DNA of 64,000 nucleotides from the NCBI GenBank assembly GCA_903813345.2, contig CAIIXF020000001.1:8680001-8744000 (forward strand), in the 5' to 3' direction. The position numbers were made by a program, and so were the translations under genes. The stretch comes from Owenia fusiformis. Taxonomy: Eukaryota. Every line of letters starts with the position of its first letter. Positions within the stretch are counted from its first letter, which is position 1. A model generated the notes under the pieces. That model had not been told where the DNA came from and searched no databases. It saw nothing but the letters and a program-made list of their open reading frames with translations. Shown in pieces: positions 28,876 through 42,284 of this stretch.

Positions 28876-31695
28876 TTGAAGGCCCATTCTACACTATGAA
28901 AATCTACACAATGAACTCGACATATAGAGACCAATATCCACATTGTATTTGTGTTTGCATCAGAATTTGTAACCAATCTGTTCAGTATTGCAATGTGATT
29001 GCCAAATTGTTTTAAGTTGCTTTAAATTATTCACAAATGATGTTGCAACATTGCTTAAAATAATTATATTGCTAAAATTCAAAATTCTTTTTTAAGTTTT
29101 AGTCGAAGCATCACCGATTTGATTTGGTAGTCACTGCCACGTGCAATTGACAAATGTTACTGTAACATGTTTTATTAGCTGTGCGATTATTAACTTCAAA
29201 GTTTCATTATTGTCATCATTGTCACAGAATGAGAATATTGTCTTATAATGTTGAAGCTAAGTGCATAATATAAATATAATGATATATATTACCTAGTCAA
29301 CCACCTTGTGTATCTACACCTTCCTAGCCTATTGTAGTAGATGTTTTCTTATGCTAGGAATGTGTGGAATATGGTGTGTGTTCATGTACTGGTAAACACA
29401 ATTTTAAACCCAATCAGCATTTTAATTTATGGTGTCAGTTAGCATCTGCGACTAATGAGTATGAAGATATCTGCATTTATAATGACTTGCACACTCTACA
29501 TACACAGATAAATTGAGATATTGTAAAACTATGTAAAAATATCCTTTTATACTGTGATGTTAAGCATGGTGTGTCCACCTGGTGTGTCAAGTGAATGACG
29601 TATCCATGGGGACTACACATGCTGTGTCAATGTGAAGACACAATTGGCTTACTGTTTAATGCAATTCTTGTTTGACTGAGTATTTCAAAGTGTATAATGC
29701 ATACAGTTTCAATGCATGTTATGTGAAATGGTACGCACATCTCCAAACAATATGTGATTTATTTACTAGCGATTTCATTCAGTGCTTGTGCTAAGTTTTG
29801 AGACCAGCTTTTTCACATACCATGTAAAAGAAAGAAATCAACCTGCCCAAATTAAATTGAAAAGGATTAATAAGCCCCTAATTTGATTCAGGATTATATT
29901 ATCAGAAAGCAATAATTTTGAATATTGATTATTCATTCTTGCTCAAAATGTAATCAAAGTGAAACTGTACTCCCAGTGGACGATTCTGTGATTCGAGCTA
30001 TTTGAATATATCTGATGACAATATTATCATCCAATTCACATTAACTAAGCACTGCAAGCTGTATAGCTAGATATGTTTTAAAACTATTTATTAAGTACTG
30101 TACTTATGTACAGACTAATTGAACTCTTGACAACTTTGTATTTATTCAGAAACAAATCCCTGAATGCTGGCAATTTAGTCTAGAACATATGTTTCCAGTT
30201 TGAGACATGAGCAGTCATCTTGGATGTCAGGTGACCAAATCAGTGAGACATTGTCATATTTGGTGACAATGTCATATTTGGTGACAATGTGGCATTTTCT
30301 ATTTGGGAAGGGCTAAGGTCATCAATGGAGACTTATGTTCTAGACTGAAGTATCCATCAGCATAAAGAGTTACAAAGTTGTCATAATGTAGTTTAAGTGT
30401 GAATATTGTATATACTGGAGTGTTTCCATCCAATAATTATACCCCTTCTAGATTTTGAAATACTGGCCACTATATTTTTAGTCTAAAAATCATGTTGTCT
30501 TCTGAACTGTCCTTTCATTAAACAGGAATTCAATATATTTTGTGATTTATGATTTACCAACACATTAACCTTACATGCCTGTGAATTTAATTTTTGGCAA
30601 CTTCTTCAGATTTTTGCGGATACATGATAGATGCTAACCTGTGGAAGATTTCTAGAAGGGGTGTGTAGTTTAGTACAAAATATCTATAAAACTGAGATGT
30701 AGAATTTGTATATAATTTATTTTCCATGTTGAAGATGTAGCGTATATCATAATCACTCACATACACTCTAGCTGAGAATGTCACCACTGGGCTGTGAGAC
30801 TTGTGCCTGTATATCTCCTCAATTAGACATACAGACACGATCCTGATAGCCATGGTTACCATAGCAACATCATTATAAGATCAAATTGGACCTAGCAACC
30901 AAGCACTTACGCTGGATTCAACATCATTATCATTGTCCTCATAGTCATATCACAAAATATAAAGAACACAATTTAATTTTAATCATTTATATACAGACGT
31001 AACATTTATTATTTGCCTTCATTGATTCAAAAAGTGTTGTGTATGACATACAGGTAGCAATGCATATGTGAGATAATTTAAAGAGTATTAAACTGTTTTC
31101 AGTCTCTTAACTTTATGATGATTATTAGTAATTCACTGTTCAACTAAAAAGGGAAATACTCATATTAAATTTTTACGTTTCAATCATACTAAAAATTTAA
31201 AGATCATGGTCATTTCTTTATGTTACTGTTGGCATACAAATGTACATACTTTTGTTTTATAAAAGGTGCTGCTTAAAATAAACAATGAATTTGTTTTCAT
31301 AACAGAGCTTGTAAAATATATTTCATCAACCATATATATTCTTCTGTTTCTTGTCTTGTTGCAAACTTCAAGAGGGATAGGGAGTAGAATGTTGGTAGCA
31401 GTCTTCAAAAATCATGTCAATGTATTCCTTACAGTCCCTAAAGTTTTCAGAAAAAGAGGTTATCAAACATTGATGTTATTCTTTCCACACAACCTTAAAA
31501 ATCTTAAATTTTCCTGATTAAATGACATGGAATAATATGATTCTATATCTACTTTATGAAATTATTAATTACCCCAATGTCCAAGCGACTGAGCAACAAA
31601 ATCAGTATTGCTGTTGAGCAAATATTGAAAAAAAAAAAATATTCAAGGCAAGCTTATCCCCCATGGGCCCCAAACATTTATTAAGTACACCATAT

Positions 31696-32690
31696 TTATC
31701 CCATCGAACGAAGTTCGGAGGGATATAGGGAACGCCTCCGTCCGTCCGTCCGTCCGTACGTACGTCCGTCCGGGCAATAACTCAAATACCGTTGGCCCGA
31801 TTTTGTTCATATTTTGTACACATATACCCTATGGGGGTATGAGTTCTGCTCGACAGCCGATTTTCAAAATGGCCGCTCATTTCAAAATGGCGGCCATTTT
31901 AGTGCCGATTTTACAGTAATTTAGGTGCAACATGTAAAACTGTAATAGCAATATGTTTTTAGTGTTAAAAAATTATAAAGGAGATTGATAAAGCTACAAA
32001 TGTAGATATTAAAAAAGCACATGGCAGCCATCTTGAAAAATGGCGGCCTTTACTCGTTATTTTACGATTTTTGCTGTAACTCGTAGTGGAGCGATTTTGT
32101 TCATATTTGGTATGTGAATACTATAAGCATGGCACACTGTCCTATGACACTTTTGGTAGAAGGTGGCCATTTTGAAAAATGGCCGCCTTTTTTACGTTTT
32201 TTACTATAACTTGAAAAGTAGTGAAGCGATTTTGATCATATTTGATTTGTGAATACTCACGAGCCTTGCACACTGTCTCATGACACTTCAGATAGTAGGC
32301 GGCCATTTTAAAAAATGGCTGTCATTTTTACATTTTTTACTATAACTCGAAAAGTAATGGAGCGATTTTGTTCATATTTGATATGTGAATACTCTAAGCA
32401 TGGCACATTGTCTCATAAAACTTTGAGGTGTAGTCGGCCATTTTGAAAAATGGCCACCATTTTTATGTGTGTTATTTTACAAGTACATGTGTGCGATTTT
32501 TCAAAAATTTTATAGGTGGCTACTTAAAAGCATATTATTTCTTCTGATGACAACTTGGCTAGTGAGCAACCATTTTGAAAATGGTGGCCTTTCTGGTGTG
32601 TTTTTATGATATTTGCTGTATATTTCGTTTGTAAAAATGCCAGCCATTTCTGTTTGATGGGATTCGCTACGCTTTGGCGTTGCCGTTGTT
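31696..32690 (+). mobile_element. Helentron/HINE-like element, second copy with more core repeats
   Basis: Ends nearly identical to 22523-23292. Confidence 0.8.
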
Positions 32691-33472
32691 CTGGTTTTAT
32701 GTTGCCATCAGAACTGGTGACATATTGTTTTAGTCTCCCAACTTTTTTATGGATGATGTTCAGCATCTGTAACAGCATTTGCTGTCCTAACAGTATTCAG
32801 CGATCGGTGTCTATCAAATGACGGGGTGACATTTTGTATGATAATACCTCGATTAAACAAATTCGACTCTGTGTTACTAGTATGTAAATGATGACTGCTA
32901 GTTTTTTTTAAATTTTTATTTAATGTATTGAAATAGAGCAAAATGCTTAATTGAAATGGTTAAATAGAGGGTAGTGTGCATGGACAGTCAGTCTATGGTC
33001 AATTTTTTCTAATAACCACAAATATTTTTTGTGATTTGAATATCACATCAAAATTACTTACTACCTGGTATTTGACTTAATTTCACCTTATCTTAAGACA
33101 AATCATGAGGCTAATTATCTCAAAAACAAAGTTCAATGCATCAATAGGGATATAGTGAAGCCATCGATCTGTCAGTCTGCCTGGTGATCTGTCCGGAAAA
33201 TAACTTTAGTGGCATATAAGACAAAATACATGTACAAAATGGTAGAATCTTCTTTCTACAATCTGTTTTTGATCAAACGAAATAATTCAAAAATTAAGCA
33301 AAGTAAAATCATTTATTGCTTAACATGTTTTACATATGATGTTTTCCACATATTTACTGTTCTATCAATACAATCACTTTTCAACAAATCAATATTTATG
33401 AAGAAATGTGTTTTTATTAACCATTCACAAGCCAAAATACTGGAATTCTAGCAATTATTAATATGCCTCATA

Positions 33473-33627
33473 CAGGGGTTGAGCTAAGGTTCTGAGAGCA
33501 GCTAGCTGGTCAAAATTACATAACAGACTAGTCGGCATGTCATTTTCCTAGTCCTACTGAAAACATTAGTCCATATCAAAAGTGATCTGGCAAATGACCA
33601 GTGGACCGGCCCTTAGCTCAAGCCCTG
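33473..33627. mobile_element. Small hAT-like MITE
   Basis: CAGGGGTTGAGCTAAGG...CCTTAGCTCAAGCCCTG; TSD degenerate. Confidence 0.65.
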
Positions 33628-34215
33628 GACTTATATTCATACCACACTCATGATTACTTATTGTCAATCAATACAATGTCCATACCAATATTGTTGAGTG
33701 TAAAACATAACATCACATACTGAGTGTAAATCTATACATTTGTAAAATATTGAGGGACTTATCAGTTTGAGACTAGTGTGTCATTCCAAGATACTATTAA
33801 TGAGTAATCTAGTCTCATCTACCACATCTTAAGCATTTACAAATAATACAACTGTACATTACAATGACTTTGACTTCTTATTTATATCAAATTGTAACAC
33901 TCTTAGATCCAAACATGCAGTAAATGAGAGTAAAATAAAAATGTAAAATTAACAAATATTTTGTGAAAAATAAACAAACAAAACATCTGATTGTAATTAC
34001 ATAAAATGTCATTCATAATAAATACCTCTACCAGTACCATGGATACATGACAAAACACTAGACCAAATATGGCAATCTAAAATGAATTTACAGTTTGCAG
34101 ATTTAACACAGGCTATTTACAAATTATTCCATGATTATCAAACATAAATGTCAGTTCAACAATAGTGCATGCAGATAAATTTACAAATTGAGTATAGTAT
34201 CTTTCTATGCATTTA

Positions 34216-34788
34216 ATTATCCCAACGAACGAAGTTTGGTTGGGATATAGTGAAGCCCTCCATCTGTCAGTCTGTCACTCCCTCTGTCTGGAAGATAACT
34301 CGAATACTAGAAGACGGATTTTCTTCATATTTGGTGGAAAGATATATATTGGTAAATAGTTTCAAGTAAAAAAATTTCAAGATAGCCACTGCTTTAAAAA
34401 TGGTGGGAATTTTCGCAAAATCAAAAGTTTTTCATTTTAAACCAAAGTAATATAATTGTTTGAAATGTTGGTGGTACATTCACAACATATATCTATTTTA
34501 CATACATTCCATGTTTTACACCCTGACCCCCAGGTGAGGGTGGGGAAAACAGGAATTTTCGCGAAGTTTGAGTATAGCTTTATTATGCTCAATAGAAATG
34601 CAATTTAGAGTAGATTGAAAATATTGCATCATTTTTCTGATTCTGGCCTCATAAACTTCAAAATGGCCACCTAGTAGCCTATCTGCCTATTTAATCAAGG
34701 GTAGGGTAAAAGGTACATTGTGACAAATGCAGATTCATGAATATAGTGTTCGTTGGGATTTGCTACTCCATGGAGTTGCCAATTTCTA
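34216..34788 (+). mobile_element. Diverged Helentron/HINE-like element
   Basis: ATCCCAACGAAC...GTTCGTTGGGAT, degenerate microsatellite and 3' hairpin. Confidence 0.65.
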
Positions 34789-35316
34789 GTTAACAATCAA
34801 CTTTAGTGGTAAGCCATAAAAGATAAATGTCAACTAAACTTACTAAATTGGGGTAGGTGTTGGTAAGAAAGTTTTCAATTTGACAAAAATCAAATAACCC
34901 TCAAACTCTGATTTTCATGAATTGATGTTTTTACATTGCAGTAATATATATATATGAAACAAAGAATTAAATTGAGAAGTCCATACAAAAATAACTGAAC
35001 TTTAAATGGCTGCCTACACAATTTCTGATGACTAAAAGGACAAAGTAAAGGGTGCCCAGCCAACTGACCAAGGCACATTTATTTACAATAAAGAAGATGG
35101 GGTTCGTACTACTGCTACATTGCTCGTTAACAATTAAAAGAGATCTTTCTGAAATTTCCACCCTGAACTAAATTGCATCAACAAATAAAGGCCCACATAA
35201 GCCATGTTAATTCATAGATAGAAATATTCATTATACATAATGCTGAATTCCAAGAGGATATCCTATATACATTTTACATAGACTGTTTGTACAGGGTAAG
35301 AAATTAATCAATTTTT

Positions 35317-36255
35317 TTACTTCCAAGCAGGTTTCACACTTGTTGGGGGTTTCCGATTAACTGGCCTACTAATCCCAGTAGGACAGGAATAGTCAAACAA
35401 GATCATTGGTTTCTTATTCTCATCTTCTTTCTCCCAAGGAGCAGCAAAGCTAGGTTCTTGTAATTTAGGACCAAATAACATTTCATCTACGTATGAGTCT
35501 TTGTGGTTTACCAGGCTTGACCCGGGGCGTGAGTTGGCCCGGGATTTAGAGGCACTTGGTGGGCGGTCTATTGCACTGGGAGGCCTGGATGTTCCAGGCT
35601 GGGGGGACATAGCATGGGAACTATCACTTGGTGCCCATAACAGTTGTTGAGATTTCCTCCCCTTATCCCAGGGAGCAGGAAAATCACTTTCCTGTACCTT
35701 TTTCCCAAATAGCATTTCATCAACATAACTATCCTTATGTTCAACCATTCTATTCTTATCCTTATATCGTTTAAATTCATAATCATTTTTTGAATCTTTG
35801 GGACTATCACATTTTTCCATTGCTTGTTTCGGACCAGTGTATGATTTAGAGCGTAGTCTTTGTTTAGTGTGGCTTCTATCACTTGTGGGGGTTGGAGATC
35901 GTTTCCATGGTGAATTTAATGATGTCACACTACTGGGTGTATCAGGGACATGTTGTTTTGGCACACTTGAAAAGAAGTCACTACCTGGTGTGTGTCCACC
36001 AGACCTTGATACAGATCTACCTGTACTTCCTGGGCTAGCAGGTGGTTTTTGCCAGGCAGGTTTCTGCTTTTTAAGCTTTTCATTTGATGTCATAGGTTTT
36101 GAGCCAGTAGCTGGACCAAACAGTAGCTCATCTACATCTGATGTCTTGGCCACTACTCTGTATTTATTTTTACGTGAGGACATGCCTGAGGGAGGTCTTG
36201 AACTCAAACCTCCCTCTGATGACACAAATGACCGGTTGCTTCTGGATGACTGCAT
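35317..36255 (-). CDS. RITA1: RBPJ-interacting and tubulin-associated protein (RITA1)-like, 312 aa
   Basis: KNKYR..TSDVDELLFG and two SYVDEMLFG motifs, an LLWAP (PhiWPhiP) motif and C-terminal KPAWK, matching recalled human RITA1 motifs. A minus-strand acceptor near 36407 implies an upstream 5'UTR exon. Confidence 0.85.
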   Translation of the reverse strand: MQSSRSNRSFVSSEGGLSSRPPSGMSSRKNKYRVVAKTSDVDELLFGPATGSKPMTSNEKLKKQKPAWQKPPASPGSTGRSVSRSGGHTPGSDFFSSVPKQHVPDTPSSVTSLNSPWKRSPTPTSDRSHTKQRLRSKSYTGPKQAMEKCDSPKDSKNDYEFKRYKDKNRMVEHKDSYVDEMLFGKKVQESDFPAPWDKGRKSQQLLWAPSDSSHAMSPQPGTSRPPSAIDRPPSASKSRANSRPGSSLVNHKDSYVDEMLFGPKLQEPSFAAPWEKEDENKKPMILFDYSCPTGISRPVNRKPPTSVKPAWK

Positions 36256-36866
36256 TCTTCTGTAAGTTCTTGATCCCAGGCTGTATTTATAAGTGTATTC
36301 TAAATGCTATGAAGCTATACTTCAACTCCCGTGTCTTTCATATTGTCACATACCATTGTAGGCCAACTGGTTGAAACACATTTAAACTCTTCTTAAGTTT
36401 ATATATCTGAAAGATAAATACAGATGTAAATAAAAGATTCTAAACATGTAAGAAGTTAAAATAGGAAGAAAGAATCCCAACTGTAAATCATAAGAATTTG
36501 ATTATAAATCCTCTTTAGGTAATCTTTGTTCTTTATACTAGCTTTGATATTGTTGTAATTAATTAATTGATATTGTTTGCTGCAGTTTGATTTTTTAGAA
36601 TATATTTCAAGATTGCAACTCTCAACTCCCTTTCTATCAGTGAACTATCTGTGACACATTAATTTTGGTTTTGCAAAAAAAATTAACAGTACTCCCACTC
36701 TTTTTGCGTGCTATTAATTTTTGCGTGATTCACAATGGTGGTAAAATTGTAAAAAATGATCATTGCAACATTTGCCAATTAAATCCCTGGATATGTGTTT
36801 TTAGTGAAACTCTGTTGCGTTTCGTGGTTGGTAAAATATTCGTCTAGTGTTATTGGGTGATAAATG

Positions 36867-37270
36867 CAGTCCTGTCAACTGTCCCGCAATTTGCGTATTT
36901 GTCACGCATTTGCTGAAGAATTTGAAGTCACGCCAGTTATTTTTGCGTGACAGAAAATGTCACGCAAATACGCATTTTACCCGGTAATTGTCAAGCAAAA
37001 ATATATCTGTAGAAAAATTTCTAAAACGCATTCCGATCGAAATTTTTTGTACCTCCCCCCCCCCCCGTTGATGGATGTTTTAAACGCGAGCGTAGCGAGG
37101 GCGAAAAATTTGAGGTGTTCAAAATTTGGCAAGGTGTAATAAAATTTAAACCAAGGTGTTCAAAATGTGGATCAAGGTGTTCAGATTTGGACCAAGGTGT
37201 CCACATTTTGAGGGGAGGTGTTCAACATTTCCAAGTCACTCATGTTAGGTGTTCCAAGTTGACAGGCCTG
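36867..37270. mobile_element. MITE with 6-bp TSD
   Basis: TAAATG|CAGTCCTGTCAACT...AGTTGACAGGCCTG|TAAATG. Confidence 0.8.
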
Positions 37271-37319
37271 TAAATGGGATAAAACGATGGCAAAGCTGCA
37301 GACTGCGTCTCACGTAACT

Positions 37320-37633
37320 AATTTCCTTGCTTTTTTCAGGAAAGTATCATTACATTGTCTTTTCTTAGTATATCTGGTAAGAGGTCAATGGGAACTCCAG
37401 GAAATTCTGATATTTCACACTTTCTATTTTTCCAAATTTTCTTTTAAAGTTTCCAGACAAAACAGGAGCTACCATTGACCTGTTTCCAGGTTTACTAAAA
37501 GTAGACAATGTAATGATACTTTCCTGAAAAAAGCAAGGAAATATACACATGCCTTCATACTTAATTTTGTACCAGAAAATAACATGTGCAGGTATAGCAA
37601 TTTTTTACCAAAATGTTACTTTCCAGCTGAACC
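37320..37633. mobile_element. Truncated copy of the long-TIR TTAA MITE family
   Basis: Same sequence as 39813-40216, ending CAGCTGAACC|TTAA. Confidence 0.8.
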
Positions 37634-37760
37634 TTAAGTTAAGTCACCTTAATAAGGTAATCATTTTATCATTATACAAACTCATTTGTATCATTTACAC
37701 AACACCACATTTTACAATAGGTGACTTACAGTCTGAATTTATTCAGACGAAGGATACAGT

Positions 37761-38593
37761 CTACTACTTTTTTCAAGGCCTGACTTCGTCGCTAACATGC
37801 TAAATATAAGAGTTAGCTGACGTTTGGGAGTCTGACTTACCTTCTAAAGGTTAGAACCCGAATCTTAATGAAACCATATCACCTTTGTTCCGTCAACCAT
37901 GGAGCATTTGCCACAACATCCAAGAGGTAAATCATGGATCGAGAAAATGAATGATTTCCTTGTAAGTTCCGGAAGTTTCAATACGAAAAATTACTGAACA
38001 TATATGAAAACCGAATATTTGTTCGTTGTTTTCACGATTTACAGGTTCGTTTGTTCTTCAATGTTTTGGTCTAAATTATAAAGCATCACCAACAGGTCTT
38101 ACTCTATTAATCGACTAATACAGCAGACGGCTCATATTTCTACGTAGCATTTCATTCAGACCAATAGTGGGAGTGTAGATCACGCAGTTTCGTTCGTTGC
38201 GTACTTCACTTGAAATTGGTAATTTTAAATATTGACTACTTCACTTAGCTTGGCGGATGTAGAACATTGCTTAATATTCTTTTAATTTTCACACCAGACA
38301 TGCTTGGTTGACACGTCAACAAAGTAAAGTTCAAGGGTCAATGCGTTATTTCGTGATAACTACAACGCCTTCCCGGAAGTCAACATTGATGAAAAATGAA
38401 AAAGTCGGAAAAGCATTTACGCTAATTTCTATCAAATGCTATGTTTATGCATCATCATCGACGCAACAAAGGTGATATGGTTTCATTAAGATTCGGGTTC
38501 TAACCTTTAGAAGGTAAGTCAGACTCCCAAACGTCAGCTTACTCTTATATTTAGCATGTTAGCGACGCAGTCAGGCCTTGAAAAAAGTAGTAG
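37761..38593. repeat. 129-bp inverted repeat (37761-37889 / 38465-38593) around a putative bidirectional promoter
   Basis: Arms nearly identical; each has an outward-facing AAG|GTAAGT donor; CCGGAAGT motifs in the spacer. Confidence 0.85.
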
Positions 38594-39812
38594 GCTGGAT
38601 CTGGCAAGTTCAGAAAAAATTAATTTCATCATGCATTTCACGTTTCAGTTGTACAACGTCTATTGTGATTAAAGACAACGCGCATCATGTTATAGACAGA
38701 ATGTATTGAACATATAGGACCTACCTATATTCCATTTATCTGTGATGTTGACAGAATAAACCTAAAATAACAAAAAAACAAAATAAAACGTAAACTTTCG
38801 CCATTGATGCATCTTAGTACCGAACAAATCTATCTAGTTCTAGGCCTAGTAATGTATGTATAAAGCAAGAAGCTCAAAACAGATTGATGGAGTTTTACTG
38901 TCAAATTAATGTTTTGGATCTGTCTAGATTAATCATATCATATCTAATTCTATTGAAAGTCAATTTTGATGCATAATAATATTTTTTCAAACACGTGCTA
39001 ATATCGGAAATAATGACGCGTTCGCTATTTATATGCATTTACCCAGAGTGCATCAATCACAATTTCAGGTAAAGTTCTGGCTGAAAGAACGAGTGTACTT
39101 TCCCTGTTTTAGCGTATGGTGGAAAAGTAAGGGCATACTTTGTGTAATATTTTAAATCTGAAATATGTTTGATCGCATAAAACATTACTGCTACGAAAAT
39201 TATTCACCTACTATTCGAAAAAATGATCTAGACACATTTTCGCTGACTCGGGTTTTTCTGTTCCAATCCAAGGATAGGCCTAATCATAGAGAATGGAAAG
39301 TTCCCCATAATACACAGATATTGGCCAGATCGTTTTGTAGTAGGATCTCATAAGCTCAAAGAATAATTCACAAGATACGACACTAAATTGGAAAATTAAA
39401 AAAAAATATGACCACCTTTTAAAAATGTTCCTTAAAGGCAGAATCAGATCTATAGGGGGTGACAAAATTACAAGCAATGTGCATAATTGACCTACCAATC
39501 TATTCCTTACAATATCAAATACAATATCTCCCAAAAGATTCACAATATGTTATAAATTGGTGAAGTTATGAATGATTCAAAGTACAAAAATGGGTGAAAA
39601 ATGTTTAAATTCTCCCAAATAATAAGAATGGTAACCATTCTTATAGAAAAATAACACATTATTGTAAAAATCTTTCGTTTTCCTTGAATAAAGTATGCAC
39701 TTTTGTGATTTTTAGAAAATAGACATGGCAAGGAATGACATGAGCCAAAAATATTCTAAAATTGAAACAATTTTTTGTTTAGCCTGCTCGCTATCTCTGA
39801 TTCTCTCTTTAA

Positions 39813-40835
39813 GGTACAGCTGGAAAGTAACATTTTGGTAAAAAATTGCTATACCTGCACATGTTATTTTCTGGTACAAAATAAAGTATGAAGGCATTTG
39901 TCAATTTCCTTGCTTTTTTCAGGAAAGTATCATTACATTGTCTTCTTTTAGAATATCTGGTAGGGGTTCAATGGGAACTCCAGGAAATTCTGATATTTCA
40001 CACTTTCTATTTTTCCAAATTTTCTTTCAAATCTTCCAGACAACACAGGAGCTACCATTGACCTGTTTCCAGATATTCTAAAAGTAAACAGTTTGATGAT
40101 ATTTTCCTGAAAAAAGCAAGGAAATACACACATGACTTCATACTTAATTTTGTACCAGAAAATAACATGTGCAGGTATAGCAATTTTTTACCAAAATGTT
40201 ACTTTCCAGCTGAACCTTAAGGTACAGCTGGAAAGTAACATTTTGGTAAAAAATTGCTATACCAGCACATGTTATTTTCTGGTACAAAATAAAGTATGAA
40301 GACATGTGTCAATTGCCTTGCTTTTTTCAGGAAAGTATCATTACACGGCAGGCCTGTAGCCAGAATTTTCCAAGGGGGGGTTCGTTTTTCTAAAAAATTC
40401 TAGGGGGGGTTCACTTTGGCAAATATGGCCAAAAATCACTCAAAAATTAGTCAGAATTGTGAAAAACTGCATGATTTTGAAAGAAATTTTGGCCAGGGGG
40501 GGGGTTCGCCCGAACCCCCCGAACCCCCCCTGGCTACGGGCCTGCACGGTCTTCTTTAAGAATATCTAGTAGGAGTTCAATGGGAACTCCAGGAAATTCT
40601 GATATTTCACAATTTCTTTTTTCCAAATTTTCTTTCAAAGTTTCCAGACAACACAGGAGCTACCATTGACCTGTTTCCAGGTTTACTAAAAGTAGACAGT
40701 GTAATGATACTTTCCTGAAAAAAGCAAGGAAATACCATGGGCTTTCAACTAGACCTTCATACTTAATTTTGTACCAGAAAATAACATGTGCAGGTATAGC
40801 AATTTTTTACCAAAATGTTACTTTCCAGCTGAACC
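39813..40835. mobile_element. Two tandem long-TIR TTAA MITEs (39813-40216 and 40221-40835)
   Basis: GGTACAGCTGGAAAG...CTTTCCAGCTGAACC termini sharing one TTAA at 40217-40220. Confidence 0.9.
40349..40544. mobile_element. Nested MITE with 5-bp TSD
   Basis: CACGG|CAGGCCTGTAGCCAG...CTGGCTACGGGCCTG|CACGG. Confidence 0.85.
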
Positions 40836-40978
40836 TTAATACCAAGGACGTCAACCTCGAGGTTGACGTCCTTGCTTATACAAAATGGTACCTGCTTTCC
40901 CATGACAGATTTTGCACTTATTTTAGAGCTGAGATCTTCATCTTTCTATTTCTACTTGTTTGGTTCGAGTAAATAACC

Positions 40979-41570
40979 CCCGGGGGGTTCACTGTATATA
41001 AAACTCGACGGGGGTCCTAGGCTGAAGCCTCAAATATCAATATGTTCCCATACCAATCTGTCAAATTTCAATATGTTCCAATATCAACCAAAATAACGCC
41101 CAAAGGCCATACCAAATGTCCAAATATAGGATCAATGCCATACCAAATGTCCAAATATAGGACCAATGCCATACCAAATGCCCAATTATGGGACCAATGC
41201 CATACCAAATGTCAAAATGTAGGACCAATGCCATACCAAATGTCCAAATATGGGACCAAGGGCTAAAATTCAAAAGTTGAAGAAGGCCCTGGAAAAGAAG
41301 ATACTTCAGGAAACGAGCCAAAACAACTTCAAATTTGCAACTACTGGACCAATGCCATACCACGAATGTTAGGTAACGTATCTACAACGACCATTCTCAT
41401 ACCAGAAGAGCAAAAGTCCGACCATTGCCATACCTCAGAAGTCAGAAATTTCCGGGCATTCCCATACCAAATCCTAAAATATGGGTCCATTGGCATACCA
41501 AACGTTGAAAAAGGTACCCCACATGCGCCGAGGATCCCCGTCAAGGTTTATATATAGTGAAACCCCCGGG
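40979..41570. mobile_element. MITE with 8-bp TSD and internal ~30-bp tandem repeats
   Basis: AAATAACC|CCCGGGGGGTTCACT...AGTGAAACCCCCGGG|AAATAACC; GGACCAATGCCATACCAAATG repeats. Confidence 0.85.
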
Positions 41571-42284
41571 AAATAACCTATGGATGCAGTTATTTGACTT
41601 TTAATACGGCGAATATTTTTCACGAGATCCGGACTCTTGTGTGTCCAAATATCATTGTACTGATGACGTCACATTTCTGGAACCACGGGAGCACCATTCA
41701 GATTTGGACAGACAAGAGTCCGGCGATAAAATATCACTGTTTTGGCCTCTTATCAACGCAGCATTGGTTGAATAACGTTCATTGGTGATAAAAAAGTTAA
41801 AGAATAACAAGATGCTTCGAATGAGGTATGATTTGTCTCATATTTTTCAGAAATGGCTCCATAATCGTCATTTTAAAATTATAAATTTTCTGAGGTGTCT
41901 CATCTTGAGGAATATTTATTGAGCTATTGATCCTACTACAAAAGAATCTGGCCGGGATCTATGCCATAATATATAGAATACTCCCGCTTAAAAAACAGTC
42001 TTCCACACTGAGATGTCGTTATTCACTTGCATTACAACTCACTATTCATAATCAGCATGATCAAAAGGTTTGTACTAATATCACGATCACCTCATGTCAC
42101 GGTTTTGAATTTTTTATGGAAAAAGACCAAATCTGGTGATTCAAAATATGAACCAGAAAAATATTCAAAATGGTGGCATTTGAATTTGTCATTACGACAT
42201 ACTTTTATTGGCCTATTCACTCATGACAGATGGAGCATGGATCAATTTTAATTTTGAGGAACATCTCCCGATTTGGTTCATATA

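Noticed and set aside
35568-36374. ORFs overlapping RITA1 in other frames or strand
   Set aside because: Shadow ORFs of the real coding exon with no motifs.
37287-41557. Recurrent short ORFs such as YQKITCAGIAIFYQNVTFQL
   Set aside because: Translations of repeated MITE TIRs and tandem repeats, not a gene family.
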